Assembly: GCF_021869535.1 (NCBI RefSeq)
Contig: NW_026262648.1
Coordinates: 2,666,001 to 2,730,000 of the forward strand
Origin: Mytilus californianus
Lineage: Eukaryota
Direction of reading: 5' to 3'
Length of the DNA stretch: 64,000 nt
Shown: one piece after another, positions 63,890 through 64,000 of the stretch
Layout of the letters: each line of letters opens with the position of its first letter
Numbering within the stretch: the first letter of the stretch is position 1
Made by a program: the position numbers and the translations under genes
The notes under the pieces: model-generated
The model's database searches: none
What the model saw: only the letters and a program-made list of their open reading frames with translations
Told to the model about the DNA's origin: nothing

Positions 63890-64000
63890 AAAGAGGGACG
63901 AAAGATAACAGAGGGACAGTCAAACTCATAGATCGAAAACAAACTGACAACGCCATGGCCAAAAATAAAAAGGCAAACATACAAATAATAGTACAGATGA

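Overview
AT-rich (roughly 30% GC by eye), intron-rich eukaryotic DNA. The repeat content resembles that of a bivalve mollusc, most likely Mytilus (inference, not verified). The raw ORF track is mostly noise, but manual splicing recovers three co-oriented minus-strand genes for Cys-rich extracellular proteins, all with consistent GT-AG phases. (1) 25743-5806, 10 coding exons, about 466 aa: a single-pass receptor with signal peptide, a C-type-lectin-like fold apparently interrupted by a WSC-like module, a second CTL-like domain, a TM helix and an 8-Tyr tail. (2) 50701-37851, 8 exons, 345 aa: a secreted PAN/apple + 4-Cys EGF-like + 5 EGF + somatomedin-B protein, with one freshly duplicated exon and one decayed exon copy. 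(3) 63135-53831, 5' end outside the window: an EGF/cbEGF-TM protein. The non-coding DNA is dense with mobile elements (L2/CR1 LINEs, Penelope-like RT fragments, tRNA-SINEs, Pearl/HINE elements, MITEs, palindrome-capped elements). The most striking hidden signal is self-cleaving RNA. A 2.6-kb tandem array of about 540-nt units carries minimal type I hammerhead ribozymes (a retrozyme-like locus). The commonest dispersed repeat carries a motif matching a circularly permuted (type P5) twister ribozyme, in three families with compensatory stem changes, and lies in the 3' region of a Penelope-like element. Ribozyme calls come from manual folding; no covariance-model search or activity assay was possible.
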